A DNA stretch of 64,000 nt from Orbicella franksi (taxonomy: Eukaryota): NCBI GenBank assembly GCA_964199315.1, contig OZ116700.1:9238001-9302000 (forward strand), in the 5' to 3' direction. A program made the position numbers and the translations under genes. Below are positions 21,601-32,839 of the stretch, piece after piece; position 1 is the stretch's first letter; every line of letters starts with the position of its first letter. Under the pieces are notes generated by a model. The model was not told the DNA's origin and did no database searches. It saw only the letters and a list, made by a program, of their open reading frames with translations.

Positions 21601-24235
21601 AGTGAATCTAATCCTGAGTCAATTAAAGCTGTTCATGTGTACTATCCCTTTTAGACTGAAGTGGCAACTTGAGATTGAATGAGACACAACACTCAAAAGC
21701 ATCAGACTATAAACTATATATTGACAGCAAAACCACTGACACCCCATACCTGTAAAAGCATTCATGAAGGTAGAAAGAGATCGGTTGAGCATCTTAAAGA
21801 ATGGATCTCTAACAGGATACCTCTGTGAGCCGCACAGAGCAGTGTGTTCCAGAATATGGGAAACTCCTGTACTGTCCATTGGAGTAGTCCTGAATCCTAC
21901 ACTGAAGTAGAAAACAAAGACATAGACAAGTACACTTTACTCTCAGAGCTAATCCTAGTTGTTTTGTACAATGGAAACCATAAATCAGCTCTGGCCTGGT
22001 AGGCCAGGATGCCAAATGCCGACTTTTATAGACAAGTGTGACTGCAAACTGCAGTGTTTCTTATCGATTAGACCTTAAGTGTTTAAACTACTGATAAGAA
22101 GTGTACCTTTGAAATACTATGATATTTTAATACTTGCCATATTTTTTGGCTCCAACCTTTTCTTTAATAGTCAGTCTTATTACCTGGCCTTTTACATAAC
22201 ATGTACTATCAATAATTTCTTATTTCAGAAAGAAATGGGGTTGTTTCCTGCTGGGAGAACTTTGAACTACAGATTGAAATACATGTCCTAAACAGCTTGA
22301 ATGAAACAAAATAAATGGCATATAACTTGTACCTGAAAACATTGTTAGAATCATCTCTGGCAATGTGCAAATGCTGAGCACCTGTTTTGTCATGTGTCAG
22401 CTGTACAGAAACCAGGAACAATTCAGGAACAGACACCACCTGTGACAAAAATGGTGACATACACTCAGTACATAGTTAGCATTAAACATCTTTCTTTAAG
22501 GTGGCTCAAAACAGTTTCAAGCACTTAGATTTTGATGGGTCATTATAAGCACTCTTTATCACTTGATGCTACAATCATGGTATCAGAAAACTGTCCAGTC
22601 ATTGATAAACAAGTTATCATTTTTGTGACACAATAGGTTACCATAGCAACAGTATGACCTGCCAAAAACACCCTTAATTTAAAGCTTTAGGGGCTTAAAT
22701 TCAAAAAACTGCAGGGTGAAATTTTTTCATATTATCAAATTTTGATAAGTATGATAAGATGCAACTTTTGGCTAAGTTTAAAAATTTTCTGTACATAGGG
22801 TTTAGAGCCACCATAAAACTTTAAAGTGGCTCTGAACCCTATGTACTTGCTTAATGGCCCTTATCAGGTTTCTAGCCAGATGGGTGTCCAGATGTCTTGT
22901 GGAGATCCTTTTTGTTATAGAAAATTGTTTCATTTTTTGCATGCTGCTTAACAATTTGTTCATTTGAACAGACCTTATAGCACATTTTGGACACCCACTT
23001 TTCAAATGCTGGCTAATAGCCTAGTATTCTTGTTAGACTTGACATACACTGTACAGTGCATATGTACCTTATCAACTGTATATCCATGGATTCTATCACC
23101 TGGTTTTAAATGATCTGTTCAAAAAAGCAAATAATGATAAAAGTTTATTCACAGAGTTGCAATGGTTTAAGGTTTCATGAACAATGATATCCTGAACTAA
23201 ATAATGACCAAGAATTCCCAAAACTTACTTGCAGCTTCTAAAGAATTGAACTTGTTTTCTTCCTTCAACACACATAGGCCACGTTTAAGAACAGACCTGC
23301 CATTGCATCGCAAATAGATGTGAATTAATTTACAGAACCAAATCAATATTACCTAATCTTTGTGAGAAGAGAAAGTCAAATGAAGGCGCTGCTCAAAATA
23401 AGTATTCGAATTTCCTCAAAAATTTTCCCAGGAAATTTCACTTGGCCACAGGCACAATCCACTAACCCAACTGGGAAATTGCCTAGCCCCGGACTGTTGG
23501 ACAAGACTTTCTTTGGACACTGGTCATACCACAAGATTCCCAAGCTCCATCAGGGTCATTGGGACTTTTTGAAAAAGCCCCAAAATGCCACAAAAACATA
23601 ACAAGAATACAGGAGAATTAAAAAATGCCATTTTGATCGAATATGTTTTCCATATTTTGAACTGTAATGATTGATCATAGTTTTCACTCCCATACAAACT
23701 CCTACACTGTGCTATGCAACTGAGTGTTATATATTAAATGTTCACCGCTTGGGAGACCTGTGGTTGTACAATTTGAATTTGTAAAGTTAAAAAATGTTTC
23801 CTTTTCCACAAATTATTCCTTTTTTCAGATGTGTTGTTCCAGAAAATATCCATATACTCAACCCCGTAAGAAATGATTTTTGTTTTGAACCTCTCACATC
23901 TTAAAAAGTTCCAATGACCTTCCATAAGTAGGTATTGATATTTTTCGCATACACATTATTTCGCTAAAAACCTGCAACTGGCCTTGACTTGACAACAGCA
24001 CCCTTAATAACAGTTAACTTCATCGAACCCATTTCATGACTTGTTATTTTTAATACTCATGTTGGACGCCAGCAAATTAGTTCAAGGTCTTCAAGTCAAA
24101 TCAAGAATGATGTACGAGTTGCGTGAATGATGCAAGATCACTGGACGAATATTTATGTTTCTTCACTTACCGTTTGCAATGCCTTGAAAGAGGACTCCAC
24201 TGCGGTGAAAGGAAGCAACGGCTGGCTCTCCACAT
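4343..24235 (-). CDS. PITRM1: Presequence protease, mitochondrial (pitrilysin metallopeptidase 1, M16C); 31 coding exons, 3054 nt, 1017 aa
   Basis: Exons in transcript order: 24235-24171, 23296-23229, 23114-23068, 22439-22333, 21901-21750, 21283-21169, 20787-20691, 19943-19836, 19196-19144, 18706-18580, 17948-17860, 17236-17108, 16876-16763, 15520-15424, 14964-14887, 14554-14462, 13995-13896, 13681-13613, 13463-13416, 12832-12703, 10725-10605, 10215-10139, 10049-9884, 9171-9071, 8802-8694, 7948-7836, 7358-7305, 6477-6409, 5903-5789, 4660-4527, 4451-4343. All introns are GT-AG and phases join into one open frame. The N-terminus [22 protein letters not shown] is presequence-like. Diagnostic motifs: inverted zinc motif HILEH (21858-21844), [44 protein letters not shown]. 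Confidence 0.97.
4784..5075 (+). mobile_element. tRNA-derived SINE (family A), full length
   Basis: tRNA-like head (ggtggcctcatggtt...ggttcgagccc), central gtgttgtgttcttgggcaagac..gcctctctccaccca..aaatgggtacc, and 3' ..catgctacagaaacc..actttacctt. Homologous copies at 9238-9526 and 41981-42260. Confidence 0.85.
5460..5670 (+). mobile_element. Retrozyme-like monomer (non-autonomous hammerhead-bearing retroelement) flanked by TA-rich segments, in PITRM1 intron 29
   Basis: A ~145-nt structured unique segment (5507-5650) ends in a canonical hammerhead and is bounded on both sides by (TATAA/TA)n. Internal hairpins: ACGAT.CCAC/GTGG.ATCGT (5536-5559) and GGAGACCA/TGG..TCTCC (5564-5583). Confidence 0.7.
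5601..5646 (+). ncRNA. Type I hammerhead ribozyme, canonical core
   Basis: Stem I ACTGCA(5601-06)/TGCAGT(5641-46); core CTGATGA (5607-13); stem II GGCC-CAGAA-GGCC; GAAA (5627-30); stem III ACA(G)/(C)TGT; cleavage triplet GTC ending at 5640. Confidence 0.9.
5992..6030 (+). ncRNA. Minimal Penelope-type hammerhead motif (PLE remnant) in PITRM1 intron 28
   Basis: CAA-CTGAAGA-T-GACAGA(AGT)TCTGTC-GAA-ACATGT-C-TTG: intact core with one extra T before stem II, palindromic ACATGT stem III, GTC triplet ending at 6027, and only a 3-bp stem I. Confidence 0.65.
6633..6724. repeat. Compound (GAAC)n/(GAGC)n microsatellite
   Basis: Direct reading: acgaacgagcgaacgagcgaacgagcgagcgaacgaacgaacgaac... Confidence 0.95.
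7033..7258. mobile_element. Non-autonomous DNA element with TTAA target duplication (Kolobok-like termini)
   Basis: TTAA|AGGAGCT ... AGCTCCT|TTAA (TTAA at 7029-32 and 7259-62). A TTAA TSD with RR termini is characteristic of Kolobok; the superfamily call is an inference. Confidence 0.65.
9023..9049. repeat. (AAC)n microsatellite
   Basis: aataacaacaacaacaacaacaacaac read directly. Confidence 0.9.
9238..9526 (+). mobile_element. tRNA-derived SINE (family A), full length
   Basis: Colinear with 4784-5075 (ggaggcgcggtg...ggttcgagccc...gtgttgtgttcttgggcaagacact...gctacagaaa...gcagactttt). Confidence 0.85.
10921..12141 (+). mobile_element. 5'-truncated Penelope-like element (end of RT, GIY-YIG endonuclease) with an inverted pseudo-LTR copy at its 5' end, in PITRM1 intron 20
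   Basis: The ORF at ~11040-11848 encodes [58 protein letters not shown] (GIY-YIG), with two in-frame stops at 11677-79 and 11683-85. agtagttcgtatagtgtgatcgtccgggtgagggtagttctgaaaagaactgttgttg (~10950-11007) is the reverse complement of ~12083-12141. Confidence 0.9.
12032..12076 (+). ncRNA. PLE pseudo-LTR hammerhead motif with degenerate stem II
   Basis: TGACT-CTGAAGA-tggaatccgctcaggttgtc-GAA-ACGT-C-AGTCA: 5-bp stem I (TGACT/AGTCA), intact core and palindromic ACGT stem III; stem II pairing is poor. Confidence 0.6.
12297..12480 (+). mobile_element. tRNA-derived SINE (family B)
   Basis: gggatgggacagtagtgagaaccttcgcctccca..ggttcgattcc..gttgagttagtcgttg..ttttcttcctccacaaaaagcaacatctccaaattccaa. 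A reverse-strand homologue lies at ~17492-17690. Confidence 0.7.
12905..13215. repeat. Degenerate minisatellite family (core gtgtgaccattcaaatgaaagctattgagcagtactttc)
   Basis: About three diverged cores here; the same core recurs four times at ~49970-50260. Confidence 0.7.
15623..16009. mobile_element. MITE with short terminal inverted repeats
   Basis: aatggggaccttacaca ... tgtgtaaggttcctaat. The internal acaacggcaacgagaa..aatggctttgcac..ggtacatttc is also seen at ~52065-52155. Confidence 0.6.
16299..16649. mobile_element. Non-autonomous DNA element with CCC(G)GG termini and a 7-bp flanking duplication
   Basis: GTACAAG|cccggggg ... cctcctggg|GTACAAG (16292-98 and 16650-56). Confidence 0.65.
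17492..17690 (-). mobile_element. tRNA-derived SINE (family B)
   Basis: The reverse complement reads ggggagcagggatggcatagtggtgagagcgcttgtctccca..ggttcaattc..gtgggttgagtttggttc.., homologous to 12297-12480. Confidence 0.7.
18741..18844 (-). mobile_element. SINE family A, 5' fragment
   Basis: The reverse complement reads ggaggtgcagtgacctcatggttagtgcac..ggtccgggtttgaaccc..gtgttgtgttcttgtgcaagacactt. Confidence 0.75.
19683..19825. repeat. Two-copy ~72-bp tandem duplication in PITRM1 intron 8
   Basis: gccatcagcaacagcttgcaccatgc..tg..ca..ttaaat.ccaaaa.caaatt occurs twice in tandem. Confidence 0.85.
22500..22812. mobile_element. TIR element (GGTGGCTC...GAGCCACC) in PITRM1 intron 3, carrying an X-box-like motif
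   Basis: ttaa|ggtggctc ... gagccacc|ataa; internal GTTACCATAGCAAC at 22637-22650. Confidence 0.6.
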
Positions 24236-24540
24236 TCTTCAAAATTCCAGATCCCAGCAGTCACAGGAAAGTTCGTAAATTTTTTTTTTTTCACTTCATT
24301 TTCTGTGGCTGTACAACCAACATGGCGGAAACTGGCTTTGTATCCAAGCCTGGTGAAAAGTTGACATTTGAGCCCATGATCAATCAATTGCACAGCAGTT
24401 TCTCGCTTTTGACAACGGACACGAGAAGCACAATGGCGTCTAGTCGAGTGACAAAGAAAATGAGTTAGATTTGGCCTTCAAAAGGCTTCTTTCCTCTTGG
24501 TGATAAAGTTTCCTCTCTGCAGTGATCTTCTTGAGGAAGC
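24236..24540. promoter_or_regulatory. Putative bidirectional promoter / 5' leader region shared by PITRM1 and CEP57-like
   Basis: Divergent start codons only ~305 bp apart (24235 on -, 24541 on +). YY1-like AACATGGCGG at 24319-24328. Transcription starts are not determinable from sequence. Confidence 0.6.
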
Positions 24541-27500
24541 ATGGATCACAGGGATGGCGCGGTAAGACATTTTGTAGGTGTATAGATCTCTCTGTAACCG
24601 ATCAGCGTCTTCAAGACCTTGGCTGTTGGCTTCGAATGTTTGTTTACTTTAAGTACATCCGTTGCTAAAAAATTCTGTTCAGAGGGCTTATATAGTAGTT
24701 ACTAAACGGGTTTTAGATATGAAAACGTTTCTGTTACTATAACAACGCTTAAAATGGAACATTTGATACAAGGACTGTACTGTACATCTGGGTTTATACA
24801 TCCATGACCATTTGTATGTTTCCAGGGTCTGTTTGTCACGCCCGATCTCTCCTTGAAAAAATTGGGAAATCATGAAGAAAATTTAGCGATCTTCATCGTG
24901 TAATGATGGCGAAACCGGAAGACTGTTTCAAATACATAATATAGGTCTAAATACCTGCTTGAACACAATATCAACTTTGCTACACGTAATCAAAAAGTAA
25001 CCTTTCTTCTTTTGACTGTTTGTCAGATTTGTTTCTGTACCTCTCTTCTTTGTAGACCACTCCTCCATACTTGTCTGGTTACAGAGGATATCGATATGGC
25101 GTAGACTCACCACACAGGGCAAGCATCCGTTCTTCGTCATCCTTTCCTGGTGCAAGTGGATCAGTGTCTTCATTTCACGATAATCTTCAACCATCTCCAA
25201 GAGGCACTGTTCCTCAAACTAACAGCAGAGGTGAATTTTAGCTCATTAAACTGATATAAGTCGATACAGAAAAGCCTTCTGACCTTAGGCAAATTGATTA
25301 GATATCAGTTCAGCTTCATAATTTTTGAACATACATGTAACTGTCATAAAGACCATGAGTGATGATGAATAATGTTGCACTCAGACATCCAGAACATAGA
25401 AAATGCACCCAGCAGAGATTGTTGCATTACCACTGTTTGCACTCAAGTGTAAACAGGTCATGAAAAAATGTTCTATAACTGGGTATCAAAAGTTTAATGA
25501 TTTGTCATCACTTATTTGAAATGCAGAGGGATCTTCAAAGACTGATATTCTTTTTGTAGGGACCTCCTGGTTTCTGTTACTTGTTGAAAACATTTTCACA
25601 ACTTGATAAAATAATGTCAACTCTGTTGGACTTTGTGCGGGAAATTTCATGTAACTACTTTTCCCATCCTCAATAATCGTTTGATTGATAAATAAATAAT
25701 GCAACATTTCGTAAGCAGACAACAGTAAACTACTTGTCTTTGCTACAAATGTAGTAATGTGACAAGGAAAATGTAATCCTTTAATTTCTTTGATGATTGC
25801 CATCTCATGAGGTTTTACATTATTCTTTTAGCCTTATGTATATACACTTAAATTGTCGTTACTCATTATCTGTTTGTTTAGCTGTGGTGTCAGCTCTAAA
25901 GGGACTGCAGGAAAAAATTCGCAAACTTGAGTTGGAGAGAGCAGATGCAGAGGACAACTTGAAAAAATTGGCTACTGAGTCCAGACATTACAAAGACGCA
26001 CTACAAAAGGAGTTAACTGTGCGAGAATCTACTCAAGGAGTTATTGCAAAGCAAAACAAAGGTATTAAATAAATTTAAAAGTTACAGTTTTGTTTTATTG
26101 TTTGGGTGGAGATTTTGTGGCAGAGTGGTCTTGGTTTTAGTGCTGTGAAGATTCATTGAATTTTGATCTTGGGTGAGATAGTAATTATACAAATTATAAT
26201 TAACTCTCACAGTACCTCTCCACCCAGGTGTATAGCAGGGTACCATTGAACTGATGGGACACCTGGACACAATGTTAATGAAAAAGCGGTGGAGTGGGAG
26301 GAGAGGGGGAATTGCCTGTGAAATTCTTATCCAGGGGGGGGGGGGGGGGAGTAACCAGAGGCTGCTTCATCCTCTGGAACTTGGGTTAATCTTTGACAGT
26401 GTGTGCCAGTTTGGCCTGAGTTTGACCATTAAGCCAACTTAAGTTAATTTGTACGGTATGGACAGTGTAGTGGCATACATATCATGATATATTGTCACTA
26501 GTTTGAAGGAAACCGTTTTATTGAAAGTTTTGAAACCTGAGAAAAGCCCCAACCACAATGAAGTAAAACATGATTTGGCTTACTAAGTCTTGACTTGCAC
26601 ATTGTGGAGCTTTTAAATTGGGACTAATTCCAAATGGAAGATGAATTTGTCAGACATAAATAGAATCACTCTTTGTTCACATGCATACATGTATCATTAT
26701 GTCGCTTTTAGATTTAGAAGAGGATCTTCAAGGTGCTGAGGCTCGATGCAATTTATTAGAAAAACAGTTGGATTACATGCGTAAGATGGTTCAAACAGCT
26801 GAAACAGATCGAGACACGGCGATACAGAGGTCGGCAATGGTGGCTAAACAAGCCGCTCAGCAGACATCAGATGAGATTAGAGGACAGCTGGAAAAACTAT
26901 CCGGACTTGAAAGAGATCACATGAAATTAACAGCATCACATTCTATTGCTGAAGTGAGTTTCAATTGTTCAGTGTATTGACCAATCTCATTATCCCAATT
27001 ATCCCTGTAATGTCATGTGGTGATTTGTAATCTCCCTGATATTTTTTTTGCAGAGTAAAATCAGAGAATTGGAAGATAGACTAAGAGAAGAGGCTCATCA
27101 AAGAAAACTAGTGCAGGACAAGACTGCCGAGGTTGTTCGTAATAGGCCCTTTGCATAACCCTGTCACATGATCTTTTCAATTATCAAAAATTCAGATAAT
27201 TTACTAAGTTTTTTTTTTTTGGTCAGGAATATTGCCAATTTAGGGGCCATTGATGTCTTAAAGATTGGTATATTTATACAGCAGTTTGAAAGTTGGCTGT
27301 GCAAAATCTGGGGGCGAGACTTTGCACACCCACAGATTTCCACAGCCATTTTTTTCTTGTACTTTTTTGATGTCACACTCAAGGGACTATTAGTAAGCTA
27401 AAGAGGGACTACTCATGGTCTAAGATCTGTGGAAGAAAATTTGTTGGATTGGAACTATGCCATCCAGCACACAAATTCTTTAAAATTTTTCCAACTTTCT

Positions 27501-30500
27501 GCCTCCATAAACTCTGGCAATTAAACATTTTTTCCAATAGTCTCAAAATTGGCAGTGTTACAAATATCATAACACCCTTTTGATTCCTGACATGCATTTT
27601 ATTTCATTGCGAAGTTCACATGACAGTGTTATACAAGAGGCCTATTATTATTATTTAAGAAATTTACAGTCATATTTCAGAACATAATATTTGTAGGTGA
27701 CTTTCACAGCTGCATGCTTTGTAGAAGACAATTTAAGGTTCTTTTGCTAACTGGGGAAGTCTCTCAGAAATAGTAGCCTGTGAACGGCATTTGTTAGTGG
27801 GGGATAGGGCAAAATGGGCAGGCTTCAAACAGAGGGTAGCAAGGAAAGAAAACCAATCGGGGAGTGCCAGTGGGTATTGGTAGAAGGCAAGGGGTAGTCT
27901 TCTCTTCCCTGCTACATTTCTTCCCTCTTCGGTCACTGGCTTTTCTCCTGAATCTATCCCAGACCTGAGCCTGTTCATAGGTGATTGAAATTGCTTAGTA
28001 GGAGTACTCTGAACCAGTACTTGACAGGTCTAAAGGAGTAGCCTAAGGGAACCTGACTGTGAAAAGAAGGCTTGATTAGAGTCAAATTTCTGCCCTGGGC
28101 TCTACCACTTTTTGTATGCAAGGAAATTTACATCTTCGCTCCACTCCTTTGAGCACATTTGGATCTGGCACTGTTAACATTGTTGCACTTTATGAATTCA
28201 TTCTTGGTTTGCATTATTTGGCTCTTATTTGGGCACAGTGGTCTTACAAAATTAATGCAATGTAAACTACATACTGCGTTATGTCTACTGTACGTGTTTT
28301 TTTAGCTTTTCAAATCATTCTACGTAAATTCTACGTAAATGATCAAAGTGCCCCTCCAAATGTCTGCAATAACGTGTCTAATAACTTGTTGTCCTTTCTC
28401 GTAGTTGGAATCAGTTGCACAGACTAATAGAATACTCATGGATATGGCTTCTCCTCTTCCAGTAAAGGCAAAGAAGAAGAAACGAAAGGTACTAACTTAA
28501 CTATGATGACTGTTCCCGTTTCCACCTTGCAGTTCTTACAGGCTTTCGGCTATTGATTAAAACAATAATGTGTCTTCTTCGTAATTTTTCAGCCTCCAAG
28601 ACCCAAGCCAAGAAAATCAACCCAACCCACTAAACCTTCAGATCATTATCGCTTAAACTTAGGAAATATCCCATTTGTTGTCGGCCAGGTATGTATCAAT
28701 ACTCTCCTGATTTCATATCTTCTAACTATCCCTCTTGAAAGTCGGTCCACAGTTTTGGCGTCACGCAACGCGCTAGGAGAGTGTCTGGTGAGTGACAAGA
28801 AAATAACGGAGTCACAGAGACTAACCTATTGGGGTTCTGCCAGTGTCATTTTTGCGTTCTGGACCGAAAGCGAAGTAGCTAGAACAACTGTGATATTCTC
28901 AAGTGTTGGGTGTTTTAGTTCAAGATTCGTTAAAGGTTTTTTTCTTTTTGATCGCTACGATGGCTTCGATCACTACAAAAAACGTTGACAATCCTTTATA
29001 CGACTACCGGTCGCTGGAGAGTGGTTTTTATATGACCGCAACGATCGCTCAACTCTTTTTTGCAGCGTGCAGTCGTAGCGATCATATGGAAACCAGCCTT
29101 CACAGCACGCAAATGCAGTCGTGTGAACACTCGCGTGTCTGGCGCGATAAGAATGCGCCATGTAGTTGTTGCTATTTGACGAAAACTGCCCAGTCCATTT
29201 GCGGGATGTGCGTCTGAATGAGAAAGACAGACTGAAACTGATTAACGTAGCCAGTAGACTAAACTGGATGTAATTCCAGCCCATTCGGCATAGCAAAGCT
29301 GCCTGTGGTATTAAAGTCGCCGCAACCCATTTATACACCTTTAGGCACTATGAGAGTCAAAAGTTGTTTACTTTTTTTCTTTTCAGTCAACCACGAAGTC
29401 ACACTCGCTTGGGGCTAATGTACAGACCGTGCTGTCTTTAATGAAGGCTCACAACCCTGCGCTGTGTAACGCTGCCGCACGTCGGGCTCAGAAGCGACAC
29501 ACGCAAAGCGCGGGCTCAGCAAGCACCAGCGATTCAAATAATGCTTTTGATGAGTTACTTCTAGGGCTTCAGGATGAGTTTGGACACATCACTTTGTATG
29601 TACTAAGTACTGTAGTTGTTAGGGTATCGTCTGTTAAGTTTGGATAAATCATGCCTCTTTATCCTGCAATGCAGGCGTTTTTTCCTGAGTGAGCGCTGAA
29701 TAATTTTTTCTTGCTTATGTGGCGGCCATCCCCTGTTTCCCAAATTGGCGCTCGCCCAAAACAAAATGCGCTCGCTTGCTGAAATACGCTTGCATTTTAG
29801 GCAACATAAGGATGAAAATGAATCTGATATGGAAAAGAAACATCTATGAGGGCTCCCTCCATACTCCGCCGGAGAAATTTGAAAATCGAGTTTTCATTCT
29901 GAAAACCCATCAAATGTTTTCCGTCCACACTACGCCGGAGAAATTTGAAACGCAACAATCACCGGTCATGCTTGAGGAAGACTCTGGCAAGGAAATCGGA
30001 TGATAATCGTAATGCCATCGTTTTCGAAAAGCTTCGATTTCAAAATGTTTTCTGTCCACACTAAAACGCAAAGTCTGCATTTTCAAATAGAAATTCCTCT
30101 TATCTTTTTCGTATATGTCTATTTACAGCGAGCATCGCGAACTTTCTCGTCAAATACAAGAATCAGATGATCCCAGAATACAAGAAGACCTCAGACGAGA
30201 ACTAGAGAGCTTAGAAGCTCGCATGGAGGCGAAAGGAGAACAAATAGCAATGGTTCGACGGCAACAACAAAAAGTCAAAAGACAGCGCAAGCAACAAAAG
30301 ACTAGAACAGCAGCGAGACCCAATAGCGCAAGCGCTGTTCTCCCGGCGAGTGGCGGAGAAGTTCAAGTGATAACGACTGTTAAAACAAGAGCAGCAAAAA
30401 CTACCCGCCCGGGAGAGGGAGCGAAGACTACATTAACCGCCTTAAAAGGAATGAAGACACTTCAAAATTCGTTAGGAAAGAATCAATATCATTGGGACTG

Positions 30501-30501
30501 A
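24541..30501 (+). CDS. CEP57: Centrosomal protein of 57 kDa (translokin)-like; 9 coding exons, 1458 nt, 485 aa
   Basis: Exons 24541-24561, 25056-25230, 25882-26061, 26712-26953, 27054-27131, 28405-28488, 28593-28688, 29387-29595, 30129-30501; all GT-AG with continuous phase. Motifs matching CEP57: TNSRAVVSALKGLQEKIRKLELER, AEARCNLLEKQLDYMRKM, HYRLNLGNIPFVVGQSTTKSHSLGANVQ, ELLLGLQDEFGHITFEHRELSRQI..LESLEARMEAKGEQI. The first 7-codon exon (MDHRDGA) is the least certain. Confidence 0.92.
29847..30088. mobile_element. Interspersed repeat (gtccacactacgccggagaaatttgaaa family), probable MITE remnant
   Basis: Internal repeated motif c(c/t)acact.cgccggagaaatttgaaa twice, plus gttttcgaaaagct..ttcaaaatgttttctgtccacact. 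Confidence 0.5.
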
Positions 30502-31310
30502 CATCGGTTTTGCTTTTAGGTTAAGAACGGGGTGGGTGAGTGACTGTGAAATCAAGTTGCTCATGGGGGAAGGGTGGGCGAGTAGGTTTTACAGCCGTCC
30601 TGTAACTCAAGGAACAATTATATTGACCTTGTATTACAATGCAAGAACTTCACGTAGAAAATTGTTTGAATCCTTTAGTCTTAATAGTGATAAAATCCTT
30701 TTTTCTCCATACTTTATTGGTACATTGTCAACCAGAGAGGTGACGATAATCTAGTAATCTGGATGATCCACCACTGACGTTTTTAAGAATGCGTGGCAAT
30801 CAACAAAGAGAATTATTACAGTAATACAATCTCCAGATTGAACTTTATTCACAAAACTTCCTTGTACCAAAATTTAACACACGCGCGACATGCTTCTCGA
30901 CATCTATCTGAATGACAAGTATTAATATCAAATTCTAACTCACGAAATTAATTTATTCCGGCTTACAATGTAGTGTTTCCCCTCTCTAAAGCTGTGAAAT
31001 AACCCTTCTATATAATTATGTAAATGAACAAGCGTTATGGACATATTAATAAATGTACGCAAGACACTCGTGATGGTTTATAAACTTAATGCCAACACAT
31101 ATATGTTATTTCTTTTCACTGGTCTTTACGCTTTTTACAGTACTGTGCTAGTAACAATACAAAAGTTCAAATGAGCTCTGGAACTGCTGTTAATTAAAGT
31201 TGAAGGTTAAAATCCACGCTTTCAGGAAAAAAGTTCCCGCGTGAGGATTATTCCGCGTATTTTTCTTATTCCTAATCATCGGATCGGCGAAAGCTGCAAT
31301 TTTAATCTTC

Positions 31311-31470
31311 AATAGACCAATTTCGATATATCAAAATTCAGCCTAACACAATAGACCTCAGCACGAGGCTCTGGGGAATAAACCCCACAAACTCTGTAGT
31401 AATTACCCAGAGCCTCGTACTGGGGTCTGTTGTTTTAGGCGAAATTTTACTATATCGAAATTGGTCTATT
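31311..31470. mobile_element. Hairpin MITE (160 bp)
   Basis: aatagaccaatttcgatata..aaaattc.gcctaa.acaa.agacc.cag.acgaggctctggg / cccagagcctcgt.ctggggtct.ttgt.ttaggc.gaatttt..tatatcgaaattggtctatt. Confidence 0.9.
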
Positions 31471-31888
31471 CTAACGGGTTTCAAGCCTCATTTGAACTTT
31501 TGTGTAGTTATTTTAAAAATGCTACAGAAAGACCATCGAAAGATTACTGTTGGAATATTTGCTGCACGACTGAAAGACAGTCAAGCAAGATGCCTTAGGG
31601 ACCGTTCATTTTTTATAAAGTAGGGGGGGCCATGCGAAAAAAAATGGCTTTCGAGGGGGGGCCATCCCAAAAAAATAAGGGAAAAAGGGGGGGTCACGTG
31701 AAATATTTTAGTAAAACTTTAAAATGGCATGATGTTTGAATATCAAAAAAATTGCTATAGAATAAACAGAAGGCAGAATACAAATTTATTATAAACTTTC
31801 CATTTGCTTTAAAAAAACGTTTGGCGACAAAAAGCATTTGTAGCTACTGAAAAGAAGTATTTAACACTGTTATTTTCGAATGCAACTT

Positions 31889-32830
31889 TCACTGGCAGTC
31901 ATCTTCATCTTCGCTGTCGTCGAGTTCTTCGTCGCCGCTTGTGCTGCTATGGGAGTCTCTTTCACCAATGCTGCAAGAAGCAGCAATGCTTTCCGTCAGA
32001 GTGTACTCTTCAGGGTACATGAAGGTGTAAACATAATCTCTGACTTCCTGCTCAAGGTTGGTGGTGATTCTGCTTCTTGCAGCATTGGTGAAATAATTCC
32101 CTTCCAAGAGCTGTGCGATGTATGGCCCATCTCTTCTAAATAACGACGTGGCAACATGCTCAACTTCAATACACTCTGCCGGTACGGCCGTTCTAGGAGG
32201 GTACACAAGGCATTGTGGAAGATCATTTCCTAGCGGGTTTCCAACACAGATTCCATAAACTCGTTGGACGTTGTTTTCAGTCCGCTTCCTCTTTCTTTCA
32301 TTTGACTTTCTGCGGTTTTCTTTTTTCCTTCTCCTTTTGTTGATGTGCTGTTTGAGTATGCCCTTGAATATGCAGTTATAATTGCTCTTCTTATTTTCTA
32401 GTGCTTCCATGTCCTGCGTGACCTTCGTCAACTTAGCTTCTATAAATTTGATCTGTTTTACATTAAAACTGTGGGCAAATTCTTCGCCCTGCTTTAAAGC
32501 AAGCCCATTGGACTGAAAGAGTGTGGAATCGTGGCATTCAACTTTTCCACCATTGCTCTGTGTTCTTTAATGGAGAAGTTCAGTTTTCTTCCATCACTGG
32601 GCTTCAACTGGTACCCTGGCATGGAAAACTCACTCGCCCTTTCTGAACAGCCATCCGCACTTAGAAAGATTGCTTCTTTTGCTTGTAAGATGTCAAACTG
32701 CCTGGATCGTTCAGCTGTAAACCTTTTCTTAAACGACTCGTCGCTTTCGCCATTATTGCGCATTTTGGAATGAGCCTCTTTCATGATTATTATGGACGTG
32801 CCCCGTTCTACATCGTGCAAGACATAGCAG
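31889..32830 (-). pseudogene. Frameshifted ORF remnant inside the Harbinger-like element (coiled coil, basic NLS-like cluster, acidic tail); unknown family
   Basis: Track ORFs 32494-32871 and 31889-32431 join across one frameshift near 32520-32555. The lower frame extends upstream as ..LFQSNGLALKQGEEFAHSFNVKQIKFIEAKLTKVTQDMEALENKK.., followed by KRRRKKENRRKSNERKRKR and ending DEELDDSEDEDDCQ. Confidence 0.55.
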
Positions 32831-32839
32831 CACTCAACT

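Noticed and set aside
24928-25803. Minus-strand ORFs 24928-25200 and 25486-25803 as a separate gene or transposon
   Set aside because: The first is the antisense of CEP57 exon 2; the second is intronic with no motifs or coherent splice pattern.
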